Positions 15,540 through 24,992 of a stretch of 58,764 nucleotides of DNA are shown piece by piece. How positions within the stretch are numbered: position 1 is the first letter of the stretch; each line of letters opens with the position of its first letter. Below the pieces are notes generated by a model. It made no database searches. It was given only the letters and a program-made list of their open reading frames with translations, and was not told the origin of the DNA. Source of the DNA: Candidatus Berkelbacteria bacterium. GTDB taxonomy: Bacteria > Patescibacteriota > UBA1384 > JACPKC01. The translations under genes and the position numbers were made by a program. The DNA is taken from the NCBI GenBank assembly GCA_016198415.1, contig JACQIO010000013.1:1-58764 (forward strand), read 5' to 3'.

Positions 15540-17228
15540 CTAGGCACTCCAGTCTAGTAGTGAATCGACCCGATACCGCCACGTGGCGGGAAGGAGTGAC
15601 TGGACCGTCTGCCACGTGGCGGTCCAGTGCCTGGGCGGGACAAGAAGCTCTATCATAGCACGCCCCTGGTGGTCGAGTGTCTGCTGGATCGCTCCAAGGC
15701 TGGGTGGCAGGGCCGGCGCCCGGTCGGCTGGTCCCCACAGTAAAAGCGTCCGGCGGTATGGGGGTACGTTGAGGCGTGCTCGTTCGGCCAGCAGGTGATC
15801 AAGGGCGGCCCACGGCGAGGATTTCAGGAGTGCCCAGTGTGGATTATCCGGCTGGTGGGTTTGAATCACGAGCTCCTCGGCACGGGCACTGGCCTCCTTG
15901 ACTCGTCCGAGGAAGCGCAGGGCCCGGTCCAAGTCCGGTGAGGCCAGTGGACTATCGCCGGAGACAAAGATCAGGGCACGGAAGTGTGGGTGGGCTTCCA
16001 CCAGTTGCTCCGTTCCAACCTCGACGCTCGGCAGCGGGCCGGACTGTCGCGTGAGTGCCTCCGTCAGGGATTGAACGCCCCGGCCATGGACAGAGAGTTG
16101 GTGTGACTGGCACTGAGGGCAGGCAGCCGGAAGGATCTCACTGGCCTGGCACGTGAGACACTGAGCGCTCGCCACACCTCGGCGGAGGTCAAGCCGACCA
16201 CCGCAGGCCGTGCAGAGCACCACGTGTCCGCAGGCCAGGCACGTGAGATCGCCACCCAGGCCTTGGGTCGGGGCAATCAGGCCAACCGGCGCAGCAGCGG
16301 TCCCGCTCCCAAGAAGCGCCCTCGCTCGTTCGCTCAGGCCATCTTTGCCCGACGGAGCCACCAGCGTCACCCGAGCCTCCCGCTGGCCCACCAGCCGACG
16401 CTTGGCCAAGCCTCGGTGTTCACTGAGTGCCATGCCGAAGGTTGGGAGTGTGCTCCCCAAGATGACGTGCCCTTCACCGAGCTGGCTTCGCAGGAGCGCA
16501 ATCGTGGCTGAATCCAGGTACGGACGTTGGTCATCGGTGTGACTCTGGTGCATGACGTCATCAACGATCGTGACGCCGAGGTGGTGGGCCGGCCACCCAA
16601 CCGCCTGGCGGGTGGCAATCAGGACTGGACAGGTGCCGGTGGCCAAGGCCTGGGCGAGGGTGCGCTGCTGGCCAGGCGGCGTTCCGGGGGTGAGGACCGA
16701 AGCCCGATCTGAGATGGACCGCAGACCGGTGAGGATTTCGGTGTGGGACGCGTGTGGTGCAATGATGAGGACCTGCTGGCCAGCGGTTAGGGCCCGGGCG
16801 GCTAGGGTGACATACTGCTCCCAACGGGATCGGGCTGAGCCGTAGAGGTGAATCCGCTCGGGACGGAGCCCCCGGTTAGGCGGTGTGGATCCGGGAGCCG
16901 CCATCGACCGCTTGCCGGCAGGTGGCAAGAGCCGAAAGAGGCAGGAACCGAGCGGCTGGAGACTGTAGTCCGCCACCTTCTTGGCCAGGCGGAGCGTTGC
17001 CGGTGGTGCCCAGGCTGCGTCTGTGAGGACGCGAGTGATCGAGCGGAAGCGCAAGCCGGCTCCGGGTGATCGACGACGAAAGCCCGAGATAACGCCCGGA
17101 ACGGTTCGCCGGCCGAGCGGGACTTCCACTAGGCTGCCGAGGACGGCCGTGCCGGCCACTTCCGGAGTCAGTCGGTAGGTGAGTGGGCCAGGCGAGGGAT
17201 GGTCGAGGACCACGTCAGCGTACGCCAT
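15540..17228 (-). CDS. priA: Primosomal protein N' (PriA)-like with degenerate ATPase motifs
   Basis: N-terminal 3'-DNA-binding-like region. Cys-rich CLACGHVVLCTACGG...CLTCQ...CPQCQ zinc region. C-terminal PPYRR. Walker A position reads GSARSRWEQY and DEEH reads DDVMH. Confidence 0.7.
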   Translation of the reverse strand: MAYADVVLDHPSPGPLTYRLTPEVAGTAVLGSLVEVPLGRRTVPGVISGFRRRSPGAGLRFRSITRVLTDAAWAPPATLRLAKKVADYSLQPLGSCLFRLLPPAGKRSMAAPGSTPPNRGLRPERIHLYGSARSRWEQYVTLAARALTAGQQVLIIAPHASHTEILTGLRSISDRASVLTPGTPPGQQRTLAQALATGTCPVLIATRQAVGWPAHHLGVTIVDDVMHQSHTDDQRPYLDSATIALLRSQLGEGHVILGSTLPTFGMALSEHRGLAKRRLVGQREARVTLVAPSGKDGLSERARALLGSGTAAAPVGLIAPTQGLGGDLTCLACGHVVLCTACGGRLDLRRGVASAQCLTCQASEILPAACPQCQSHQLSVHGRGVQSLTEALTRQSGPLPSVEVGTEQLVEAHPHFRALIFVSGDSPLASPDLDRALRFLGRVKEASARAEELVIQTHQPDNPHWALLKSSPWAALDHLLAERARLNVPPYRRTLLLWGPADRAPALPPSLGAIQQTLDHQGRAMIELLVPPRHWTATWQTVQSLLPATWRYRVDSLLDWSA

Positions 17229-17243
17229 GGCAGCTGATCGCGC

Positions 17244-17867
17244 TCAGTCGGTGGCGGCGGGATCGGGTTCAGAAGTCTCGTACGGTGGCGAGGGAATCAG
17301 CCCAAAGTCAGAGAAGGGGAAGACATTCAGGGAGGCCTTGCCGAGGATGTTCGCGCGGGGCAACGGTCCCCAGCGGCGTGAGTCTGAGGAGTGCTGACGG
17401 TTGTCGCCCATCACAAAGTACTCTTGCCCGCCCAAGGTCTCCTCCACAAAGAGTGTGCCGGATCGTTCCAAGAGCCGGGCTCGATCCTCGGCCGAGAGGT
17501 ACTCCTCGCGAATCGGCGTCCCATTGATGAGGACCTGCTCGTCTTGGATGGTGACCGTCTCGCCCGGCAGGCCAATCACCCGCTTGATGTAGTTCTGCGA
17601 GGGATCTTCAGGAGACCGGAAGACCACGATGTCGCCGCGGTTGGGTTCCCCTAGCCGGTAACTGAGCTTATCGACTACCAGGTAGTCCTGATTCTGCAGA
17701 CTTGGCTCCATGCTTCGGCCTTGGACCACAAAGGGCTGTGCCACAAAGGCGCGGACTGCCAGGGCCGCAATCAGCACCAGGACAATCGTCCGGAGGGTCT
17801 CGTAGGCTGACTCCGGGTTCTTTCCGGTGTAGGGCGTTGGGAGTGTTGGGGCTTCGTTCGGCTGCAT
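17244..17867 (-). CDS. lepB: Signal peptidase I
   Basis: GRSMEPSL (catalytic Ser), GDIVVF, YIKRVIGLPGE (Lys box) and GDNRQHSSDSR. Confidence 0.88.
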   Translation of the reverse strand: MQPNEAPTLPTPYTGKNPESAYETLRTIVLVLIAALAVRAFVAQPFVVQGRSMEPSLQNQDYLVVDKLSYRLGEPNRGDIVVFRSPEDPSQNYIKRVIGLPGETVTIQDEQVLINGTPIREEYLSAEDRARLLERSGTLFVEETLGGQEYFVMGDNRQHSSDSRRWGPLPRANILGKASLNVFPFSDFGLIPSPPYETSEPDPAATD

Positions 17868-17897
17868 GACGCTCCATCATAGCATGCTTGGCAAGTC

Positions 17898-17974
17898 TGG
17901 TGGTCACTGCTGGACTCGAACCAGCGACCTCCGCGATGTGAACGCGGCGCTCTATCCAGCTGAGCTAAGTGACC
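17898..17974 (-). tRNA. tRNA-Val (anticodon CAC), CCA encoded
   Basis: Reverse complement GGTCACTTAGCTCAGCTGGATAGAGCGCCGCGTTCACATCGCGGAGGTCGCTGGTTCGAGTCCAGCAGTGACCACCA folds as a cloverleaf. Anticodon loop TTCACAT. Confidence 0.92.
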
Positions 17975-18010
17975 AGGCTAGCTGCGTATCCTACTGGTAG
18001 ACTACGGAGG

Positions 18011-18403
18011 ATGCAACTCCTCGTCGGCCTCTTCATTCTGGGACTCGATCAGCTCACCAAGCGACTCCTCTTCCAGGAGGCCACGCTCAACACCGGACTG
18101 GCGTTTGGCCTCCTGGCCGAGCAGCCGGTGCTCGTGCTGGGACTGCTTGGTCTGATTCTCATCCTGCTGTTCATCTGGTATGCCCGCTCGGCCGAGCTGC
18201 GCCAGACGCGCGTTGGCCAACTGGCCTGGGCGATGGTCCTCGCCGGGCTCGTCAGTAACCTCGTCGACCGGATTGTGATTGGGGCGGTCGTCGATCCACT
18301 CTCCGTGGGGAGCTGGTTTCCCAACTTCAACCTTGCCGACAGCGCCATCGTCGTTGGTCTAATCCTCTTTCTGTTTCCGACTCGACCCAAACTTTCCACT
18401 TGA
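18011..18403 (+). CDS. lspA: Lipoprotein signal peptidase (signal peptidase II)
   Basis: NTGLAFGL, VDRIVIGAVVD and FNLADSAIV motifs. ORF-track start 17969 overlaps tRNA-Val, so ATG 18011 is preferred. Confidence 0.75.
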   Translation: MQLLVGLFILGLDQLTKRLLFQEATLNTGLAFGLLAEQPVLVLGLLGLILILLFIWYARSAELRQTRVGQLAWAMVLAGLVSNLVDRIVIGAVVDPLSVGSWFPNFNLADSAIVVGLILFLFPTRPKLST

Positions 18404-18466
18404 CCTCCTCCACTTGACAAGTGGAAAGTCGCAAGGGCATGGGCGTCTGAATGAGTCGGCTTGCTC

Positions 18467-18475
18467 TGATATACT
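18467..18475 (+). promoter_or_regulatory. Extended -10 promoter (TGaTATACT) for a leaderless NUDIX gene
   Basis: TG at 18467-68, TATACT at 18470-75, ATG at 18482 (6 nt gap). Confidence 0.45.
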
Positions 18476-18481
18476 CCGGGC

Positions 18482-19057
18482 ATGAAAAGAGACCAGAGCC
18501 AGGAAGAACGGATTGCCTTTGCCGGTAAGATAGGTGAGGTGGTCCAGACCGCTCAGCCTGACGGGCGAGTGTTTGAGCGCTATCGTCGGTCGCCGGGTGT
18601 TCGACTCGTGATTGTCTCGGCTGACCAAAAAATCCTGATGAGCAAGGAGTTTCGCACCGAGTCGAGATTGGACGATCTGCGACTGCCGGGTGGGAAGGTT
18701 TGTGACACGCTCGAGGAGTATCACTCGCTCCTCGAATCTGGCGCGGACATCGTCGAGGCTGCCAAGCAAGCGGCCATCAAGGAAGCGCGGGAAGAAACCG
18801 GCCTTGAGGTCCGTACCCCCGAGCTGATCGTGAAAGCCGTCGCTGGCGCAACGGTCGAGTGGGATCTCTACTATTTCCTCTTCCGCGACTACGAGGAGAA
18901 TGAGCATGGTCAGCAGCTCGAGAACGGTGAAGATATCGAAACAGTGTGGATGAGCACGCAGGAGATTCGTGACGCAATTGCAGCGGGCCAGATGCACGAG
19001 TGGCGCAGCGTCGGCGTGCTCTTCGGCAAGGTGCTGCCACTCCTCAACGCTTCGTAG
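18482..19057 (+). CDS. NUDIX hydrolase
   Basis: Nudix box remnants PGGKV...AAIKEAREETGLEV, with an insertion inside the box. Confidence 0.75.
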   Translation: MKRDQSQEERIAFAGKIGEVVQTAQPDGRVFERYRRSPGVRLVIVSADQKILMSKEFRTESRLDDLRLPGGKVCDTLEEYHSLLESGADIVEAAKQAAIKEAREETGLEVRTPELIVKAVAGATVEWDLYYFLFRDYEENEHGQQLENGEDIETVWMSTQEIRDAIAAGQMHEWRSVGVLFGKVLPLLNAS

Positions 19058-19077
19058 CGCCATCGGATAGACACGTA

Positions 19078-19103
19078 GAAACGCGACGAGAGCGTCGCGT
19101 TTC
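19078..19103. terminator. Bidirectional hairpin between the NUDIX gene and rplT
   Basis: GAAACGCGACG-AGAG-CGTCGCGTTTC. Confidence 0.6.
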
Positions 19104-19121
19104 ATTCAGTCGGCACGGTAC

Positions 19122-19472
19122 CTACGCCTTCTTGGCCTTCTCGATCACCTTCTCAAACTCGGCTGGATGCTCAACGGCCAGTTCGGAGAGCATCTTACGG
19201 TTCAGCTGGATATCGGCCTTCTTCATGAGCGGGATGAACTTGGAGTAGGTCAGGCCGTGTTCGCGGAGCGCAGCGTTGAGCCGAATAATCCAGAGGCTGC
19301 GGAAGGTTCGCTTCTTGGCGCGGCGGTCTCGGAACGCGTTGTGCATGGCCCGCAGAAGAGCCTGGCGTGCCATCCGGACCCGGTTGTTCCGGCCATGCAA
19401 AAAACCCTTCGTCCGCTTGAGAAGATTCTTGCGTCGTTTCTTACTACTGGTACCGCGTTTGACTCGAGGCAT
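19122..19472 (-). CDS. rplT: 50S ribosomal protein L20
   Basis: MPRVKRGTSSKKRRKNLLKRTKGF... Confidence 0.93.
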   Translation of the reverse strand: MPRVKRGTSSKKRRKNLLKRTKGFLHGRNNRVRMARQALLRAMHNAFRDRRAKKRTFRSLWIIRLNAALREHGLTYSKFIPLMKKADIQLNRKMLSELAVEHPAEFEKVIEKAKKA

Positions 19473-19487
19473 AGGGGCTCCGTCTGG

Positions 19488-19685
19488 TTACTGATACGGC
19501 AAAAGCTTAGTCAGGCGCCGCCGATTGGCGCTTGAGAGGGACTGGAGTTTCCGAGAGCGCTGGAGCGTCCGCGCTGACTTCCCACTCGTTCGGTGCTGAG
19601 CGCTCATCGTTCGCGCCAAAAACTGACCGCGCTTGGTGCGCTTTTGGATCCGCTTGGACGCTGCCTTGTGGGTCTTTTGCTTCAT
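19488..19685 (-). CDS. rpmI: 50S ribosomal protein L35
   Basis: MKQKTHKAASKRIQKRTKRG... Confidence 0.92.
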   Translation of the reverse strand: MKQKTHKAASKRIQKRTKRGQFLARTMSAQHRTSGKSARTLQRSRKLQSLSSANRRRLTKLLPYQ

Positions 19686-19738
19686 AGAACCTTCTCTTGA
19701 GATCCTTCGACTTCACTCAGGATAGCTTGCCGTGCTCG

Positions 19739-20281
19739 CTACTTGAGGATGGCGGTGATGCGGTTCCGCTGCTGACTCATGCTCTCAATATGGCCACCGA
19801 GTCCACCCACAAACCGCTGGATGTGCCCTTTGGCTTGTTCGGCAAAGATATTCTCTCGGCCTCGGAGCTGGATGTAGACCTTGACTCGATCACCTTCGGC
19901 CAGCATCTTCTGGGCTTTTCGGAGCTTCGTCTGGAAGTCGTGCTCGTCAATCTTGTAGGAGAGCTTGATCTCCTTGACGTCACCACCCCGTTGCTTGGCG
20001 CGTTGGTGGCGGACTCGCTTCACTTCCTCGTACTGGTACTTCTTGAAGTCCATGAGCTTGACCACAGGTGGCGTGGCACTCTCACTCAGTTGGACCAGAT
20101 CGAGACCGCTATCGTGGGCCAGGAAGAACGCCTGTTCTCGAACGACCACGCCCAGCTGCGTGCCATCGTGACCAATGAGGCGAAGTTGTGGGGCGTCGAT
20201 CGCCTCGTTCACCCGCTTACCAGTACGTATTGGTGCCTCCCAAAACTCAGTGTGCCGTTTGTGATGCGGCGAGTCTATCAC
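19739..20281 (-). CDS. infC: Translation initiation factor IF-3 (true start uncertain)
   Basis: VNEAIDAPQLRLIGHDGTQLGVV, and a C-domain with IKLSYKIDEHDFQTKLRKAQKML. The ATG at 20281 overlaps the upstream gene by 35 nt. Confidence 0.85.
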   Translation of the reverse strand: MIDSPHHKRHTEFWEAPIRTGKRVNEAIDAPQLRLIGHDGTQLGVVVREQAFFLAHDSGLDLVQLSESATPPVVKLMDFKKYQYEEVKRVRHQRAKQRGGDVKEIKLSYKIDEHDFQTKLRKAQKMLAEGDRVKVYIQLRGRENIFAEQAKGHIQRFVGGLGGHIESMSQQRNRITAILK

Positions 20282-20999
20282 GCCGAGTAATCATTTTCAA
20301 GACTCCGGGGAGGACGGTTAGCGCTAGGGGCGTCTTAGCAAAGACTTCCCGTCCCACATAGGCTGGGTAGGTACCATCGAGCTCAATCACGGCCCGCTGC
20401 ACGCTGAAGTGGGAGGTGAACCGATCAGATTGAGGTTCTGCACCCCGGAACCAGTTGAAGAACTGGGTGACACGCCCACCGGTAGCGTACCGATTGTTCA
20501 CCACGATCCGTCCGTTGCCCGCAAAGCGGATGTCGGTGCAGTCACCAGTCACCAGGCAGTCATCGACGGTCAGCCGGAGGGGCGTCGCTCGAGCCAGCTG
20601 GATCCGCGCCTCAGTCAGGAGAAACTTGTTCGGCTCAATCCGCGTGATCGCCGTGGGACGCACGCGCCGATACTTCAAGGCCTCAGCCGCCTCCTCAAGG
20701 CTGGTGATGCCGCTGACGAGCTCCAGGGCCCGGGGATGTTGGAGCGGAATGGCCCCAAAGACGTAGGAGGTCCCAGCCAGCAGCGCGGCAACGCGGTTGA
20801 TCAAATCGTCTGATCCCAGCGCTACAATCGTGGAGTACTTCTTGGCAGCGCCAATCTCAGCCAACTCCTCCACAGTTCGGGCTGGCGAGGTGCTGACAAA
20901 CTCGCCCGCAATGCCCAGGCTCGTCAGGAGCCCTCTGACGTGCTCCAGCGCGCGCTGGTCATCCCGAGAGCGAGGGGCCTCGCTAATGTAGTAGTACAT
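20247..20999 (-). CDS. Diacylglycerol/lipid kinase-like (YegS/NAD-kinase fold) protein, degenerate
   Basis: IVALGSDDLINRV resembles the GGDGT(L/I)NEV motif of DAGK catalytic domains. Otherwise weak. Confidence 0.4.
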   Translation of the reverse strand: MYYYISEAPRSRDDQRALEHVRGLLTSLGIAGEFVSTSPARTVEELAEIGAAKKYSTIVALGSDDLINRVAALLAGTSYVFGAIPLQHPRALELVSGITSLEEAAEALKYRRVRPTAITRIEPNKFLLTEARIQLARATPLRLTVDDCLVTGDCTDIRFAGNGRIVVNNRYATGGRVTQFFNWFRGAEPQSDRFTSHFSVQRAVIELDGTYPAYVGREVFAKTPLALTVLPGVLKMITRRDRLAASQTAH

Positions 21000-21078
21000 G
21001 GTTCGGCGTTCAGAGGTCGGAAGCCAGCGGTCGGACTGGCCAGCGCCTTGACAACCACCGCCCGACCGGGACCAACGA

Positions 21079-21597
21079 CTACTCTTCCAGTTCTACACCT
21101 TGACCGACCGCCATTGGTTCGCGCTCGGCCGGGAGTTTCTCGGGAGCTGGTGCTTCTTCTTGATCAGCCGACTCGGCCTTATCTCGTTTCTTGGCAGCGG
21201 GGAACGTGGCTTTCTCGGTCATACCAGCCGGAGCCGATGCCTCGTCTCCTCCCTCGGCCATGACACACTTCCCATTCAACTTAGCACCAGACTTAATGAT
21301 GAGCTCCGTGGTGTTGATAGAGCCGCTGACGCGGGCTGAGGGGAGGAGCTCGAGCTTCTGCTTCGCGGTGACGGCCCCATTGACTCGCCCGGACACGCTG
21401 ACCAACTGGGCCGTAATTGGACCCTTCACGGTCGCAGTTTCAGTAATCGTGACGGTCTTATCGGAGACGACCTCTCCCTCAACCACACCGTGGATCGTAA
21501 TGTCATTGACGTCGCTGATTGTGCCGGTCAGCTTGACGTTGGCGCCAACCACGGTCCCCGGTCCGGCGGTAGCTTCCTGCGTTGACCCTTCAAACAT
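21079..21597 (-). CDS. Bactofilin
   Basis: Repetitive beta-helix pattern ([23 protein letters not shown]..., [21 protein letters not shown]) with a disordered acidic tail. Confidence 0.75.
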   Translation of the reverse strand: MFEGSTQEATAGPGTVVGANVKLTGTISDVNDITIHGVVEGEVVSDKTVTITETATVKGPITAQLVSVSGRVNGAVTAKQKLELLPSARVSGSINTTELIIKSGAKLNGKCVMAEGGDEASAPAGMTEKATFPAAKKRDKAESADQEEAPAPEKLPAEREPMAVGQGVELEE

Positions 21598-21675
21598 AGA
21601 CTGCCTCCTCTATCGCCGCCGCCCTCCACGGCTGCTCGCATTACTCGAACGGAGCGTAACAGAGGGATTGAGGGG

Positions 21676-21704
21676 TTGCAAGCTGCGAATGAGTTGGCTA
21701 TACT
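21676..21704 (+). promoter_or_regulatory. Candidate uvrA promoter
   Basis: TTGCAA (21676-81), 17 nt spacer, TATACT (21699-704). Confidence 0.5.
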
Positions 21705-21730
21705 CTCGCCACTTACGAGGGACATTGCCT

Positions 21731-24274
21731 ATGCCCACCCACAAGTCACACATTCGCGTTGAGGGCGCTCGCGTCCACAACCTCAAGAATGTTTCCGTGA
21801 AGATTCCGCGGAATAAGATCACCGTGGTGACCGGCTTGTCTGGTTCCGGCAAGTCATCGCTCGCCTTCGATACGATCTATGCGGAAGGTCAGCGGCGCTA
21901 CGTGGACTCCCTCTCGTCCTACGCCCGCCAGTTCTTTGGCACCTTGCAGAAGCCGGACGTTGATCTCATCGAGGGGCTGGCGCCCTCAATCTCAATTGAT
22001 CAGAAGAGTGCCGCCCAGTCACCCCGTTCGACGGTGGGCACCATGAGCGAGATCTATGACTACCTTCGCCTGCTCTACACGCGTTTGGGTGTCCCGCACT
22101 GTCCCATCTGCCACGCGACGCTCAGTGAGGCTGAGGCGACCACCGCCAAACCCAGAAGCGCATCTCAGCAGCGCCGCCGCCAGAAGTTCCTGAGCTGTCC
22201 AGAGGGGCACGGTCCGTATGAAGAGCCAACCCTCGGTTCTTTCTCGTTCAACAGCCCCCAGGGAGCCTGCGAGCTCTGCCACGGTCTGGGAACCAGGAAG
22301 GTCGTTGATGCCTCACTCTTGCTCCCCAATCCGCGTCTCACCCTGGCTGAAGGAGCGATCCGACCCCTCTCCCGGCTGGGGAACCAAGGGCAAGCGGTCC
22401 AGAAACTCCTGGAACAGTACGTCGCTGCGGGTGGCCGAATTGATGTCCCAGTGGGTGGGCTGACCGAGGCGGAGCGCTCACTCCTCGTTGAGGGTGACCC
22501 AGGCCAAAGATACGAGGGCGTGACGGCATACCTCGAGCGACGCCACGACTCGACCGATTCAAGTTACGTTCGTTCGGAGATTGAACGCTACATGGTGGAA
22601 CAAACCTGTCACATCTGCCAGGGAAAGCGACTGAAGGCCAGTTCGCTCGCGGTCTTGGTGGATGGTCGGTCGATCACGGATCTCACGTCAATGACCGTGG
22701 CCGAGGCCCAGACATTCTTTCGGTCCGTTGGGGCGCGTCTGACGGGCCACGGTGCGATCATCGCCGCCCCAATTCTTCGTGATGTCTCGGGCCGGTTGTC
22801 CTACCTGATCCGAGTTGGGCTGGAGTACCTGACGTTGGACCGGAGTGCCGACACGCTCGCGGGTGGTGAGGCGCAACGGATTCGCTTGGCCACCCAACTG
22901 GGCTCGGGCCTGACCGGCGTCCTCTACGTCTTGGACGAACCATCAGTTGGTCTCCATCCACGGGATCTCGATCGTCTCATTGAGACCATCGTGGAGCTCC
23001 GCGATCTTGAGAACACGGTGATTGTGGTAGAGCACGATGCCCAGATGATTCAGGCCGCTGACTACCTGATTGACGTGGGGCCGGGTGCCGGCGTGGATGG
23101 CGGACGGATTGTCGCCCAGGGGACGCCCGCCGAGGTTCAGACGAGCCCGCGGTCCCTAACCGCTCAGTATCTGCGGGGCGATCGAGTCATTGCCCTCCCG
23201 CAGGAGCGGCGCTCGGGTCGACAGGCGCTGACGATCCACGATGCGCATGATCGGAACCTTCAGCACCTGACGGTCCGTATCCCCCTTGAGACCCTGACCT
23301 GCATCACCGGCGTGTCCGGATCTGGTAAGTCCACGCTCGTGAGAAATATCCTTGCGAAAGCCCTGGCCAAACACTTCTACCGAGCCAAGTCGGCCCCAGG
23401 AGCCTTTCAACGAATCACGGGCGTAGAGTATATCGACAAGGTGATCAACGTGGATCAGTCGCCGATTGGCAGGACGCCACGGTCAAACCCAGCCACGTAC
23501 ACGAACGTCTTTGGACTGATTCGAGATCTGTTTGCTGCCACCGATCTGGCGATGACCCGCACGTACGATGCTGGCCACTTCAGCTTCAACGTCAAGGGTG
23601 GCCGCTGTGAAGTCTGCCGTGGTGACGGAGTGCTTCGGCACGAGATGCACTTCCTTCCAGACGTGACTGTCACCTGCGAGACCTGTAACGGCACACGCTA
23701 CAAAGACGAAATCCTTGAGGTCACCTACCGTGGAAAAACTATCGCCGACGTCCTGGCGATGTCGATCGGACAGGCCCACGCGTTCTTCAAAGACCAGCCT
23801 GGCATTGCTGGGAAACTCGAAGTCCTGGTGGCCGTGGGGCTGGGCTACCTCGAGATGGGACAGCCAGCCACGACGCTCTCTGGTGGTGAGGCGCAACGAG
23901 TCAAGCTTGCGACCGAGCTGGCTCGCCAGTCGACCGGCCGTACCTTCTACATCCTCGATGAGCCAACCACCGGACTCCACTTTGAAGACATTCGACACCT
24001 TCTGGAGGTCCTCCAAGCCTTGGTTGCCAAGGGCAACACTGTCCTCGTCATTGAGCACAATCTCGATGTCATCAAGTCGGCGGACTGGATTGTCGACCTC
24101 GGTCCAGAGGGTGGCGAGGGCGGGGGGCGGATTGTGGCCGAAGGAACGCCCGAACAGGTCGCTCGCGAGCCCGAGTCGCTCACCGGCCAGTATCTTCAGC
24201 CACTCCTGGCTTCCGCGCGTCCTCGTGCCAAAGTTCAGGCCTCAACACCCCGCCAACTCACCCCCACGCACTAG
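21731..24274 (+). CDS. uvrA: Excinuclease ABC subunit A
   Basis: [13 protein letters not shown], two ABC modules ([12 protein letters not shown]; [11 protein letters not shown]; LSGGEAQR twice), and zinc-finger cysteines. The ORF-track 5' extension (21191-21730) is antisense to bactofilin. Confidence 0.94.
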   Translation: MPTHKSHIRVEGARVHNLKNVSVKIPRNKITVVTGLSGSGKSSLAFDTIYAEGQRRYVDSLSSYARQFFGTLQKPDVDLIEGLAPSISIDQKSAAQSPRSTVGTMSEIYDYLRLLYTRLGVPHCPICHATLSEAEATTAKPRSASQQRRRQKFLSCPEGHGPYEEPTLGSFSFNSPQGACELCHGLGTRKVVDASLLLPNPRLTLAEGAIRPLSRLGNQGQAVQKLLEQYVAAGGRIDVPVGGLTEAERSLLVEGDPGQRYEGVTAYLERRHDSTDSSYVRSEIERYMVEQTCHICQGKRLKASSLAVLVDGRSITDLTSMTVAEAQTFFRSVGARLTGHGAIIAAPILRDVSGRLSYLIRVGLEYLTLDRSADTLAGGEAQRIRLATQLGSGLTGVLYVLDEPSVGLHPRDLDRLIETIVELRDLENTVIVVEHDAQMIQAADYLIDVGPGAGVDGGRIVAQGTPAEVQTSPRSLTAQYLRGDRVIALPQERRSGRQALTIHDAHDRNLQHLTVRIPLETLTCITGVSGSGKSTLVRNILAKALAKHFYRAKSAPGAFQRITGVEYIDKVINVDQSPIGRTPRSNPATYTNVFGLIRDLFAATDLAMTRTYDAGHFSFNVKGGRCEVCRGDGVLRHEMHFLPDVTVTCETCNGTRYKDEILEVTYRGKTIADVLAMSIGQAHAFFKDQPGIAGKLEVLVAVGLGYLEMGQPATTLSGGEAQRVKLATELARQSTGRTFYILDEPTTGLHFEDIRHLLEVLQALVAKGNTVLVIEHNLDVIKSADWIVDLGPEGGEGGGRIVAEGTPEQVAREPESLTGQYLQPLLASARPRAKVQASTPRQLTPTH

Positions 24275-24275
24275 C

Positions 24276-24284
24276 TGATATACT
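24276..24284 (+). promoter_or_regulatory. Extended -10 (TGaTATACT) upstream of the 24305 gene
   Basis: TG at 24276-77, TATACT at 24279-84. GGAGGGAG SD precedes ATG 24305. Confidence 0.4.
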
Positions 24285-24304
24285 GAGGACATTCGAGGAG
24301 GGAG

Positions 24305-24958
24305 ATGGTACCGTCACGCAGATCGAGCTCGCATCCTGTCCAGGTTCGACAGTCCGTGGTGGTTGGCCTGGCTCTCATCGGTTTGGTCCTCGTCGCCCTA
24401 GCCCTCTGGCCAGGCAATCCATGGTTGACGAGCGAGGCCAATCCCCAGCAGGAGACCACTCAGTCGACCGGACGGGGCACCAATGCCACTCCGTCAGCCA
24501 CGCCGAACGCCGCCGCCGCCGATCGGCTACCGACCACTGCCACCAGTGCTGCCTGCGGCGATCAGGTCATCGATCCCACCAAGCCTATCAACGAGAACCT
24601 GAGCTGTGTTTATAAGAAGTCGGTCAGCCTGATGTTCTTGCTTGCCTTCCTCGTGGTCATTTACGCCGGCTATCTCTACATCACGTCCTTTGGGAGTCCC
24701 GATAAGGTCAACGAGGCTAAGGAGTGGCTCCTTGGCGCCGTCCTGGGGACGCTCCTCCTCCTGCTCATCCCCTTCATCCTGGATGCGCTCAACGCCAGCG
24801 GGTCGCCGAGCAGCACCCAAACCAGTCCGGCGTCAAGTTCAGAGGCACCGCCGCCGGCCGACGCCCAGGCAAAGCCGAGGGTGACACCCGCTCCTGCCGA
24901 GTCGAATGCATTACCGCCCTCGCGGGGCACTGGCGCCGGAGCCGCCAATCAAGAGTGA
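24305..24958 (+). CDS. Membrane protein resembling TrbC/VirB2-type (T4SS pilin-like) proteins
   Basis: N-terminal signal anchor. Two C-proximal TM helices flank YITSFGSPDKVNEAKEWLLGAVLG. Low-complexity Ser/Pro/Ala linkers. Confidence 0.45.
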   Translation: MVPSRRSSSHPVQVRQSVVVGLALIGLVLVALALWPGNPWLTSEANPQQETTQSTGRGTNATPSATPNAAAADRLPTTATSAACGDQVIDPTKPINENLSCVYKKSVSLMFLLAFLVVIYAGYLYITSFGSPDKVNEAKEWLLGAVLGTLLLLLIPFILDALNASGSPSSTQTSPASSSEAPPPADAQAKPRVTPAPAESNALPPSRGTGAGAANQE

Positions 24959-24987
24959 TTGACGCCCTGGTTGGCATCTGGTACAGT
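24959..24987 (+). promoter_or_regulatory. Candidate rnpB promoter
   Basis: TTGACG (24959-64), 17 nt spacer containing TGg, TACAGT (24982-87). Predicted TSS coincides with the P1 5' strand. Confidence 0.5.
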
Positions 24988-24992
24988 CCTCG

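Noticed and set aside
18359-19105. 248-aa minus-strand ORF
   Set aside because: It is antisense to the NUDIX hydrolase gene, which carries a recognisable Nudix box.
21191-21730. 5' extension of the uvrA ORF, giving 1027 aa
   Set aside because: The extension is antisense to the well-supported bactofilin gene and has no UvrA similarity. Conserved UvrA begins at [20 protein letters not shown] (ATG 21731), behind a TTGCAA-17-TATACT promoter.
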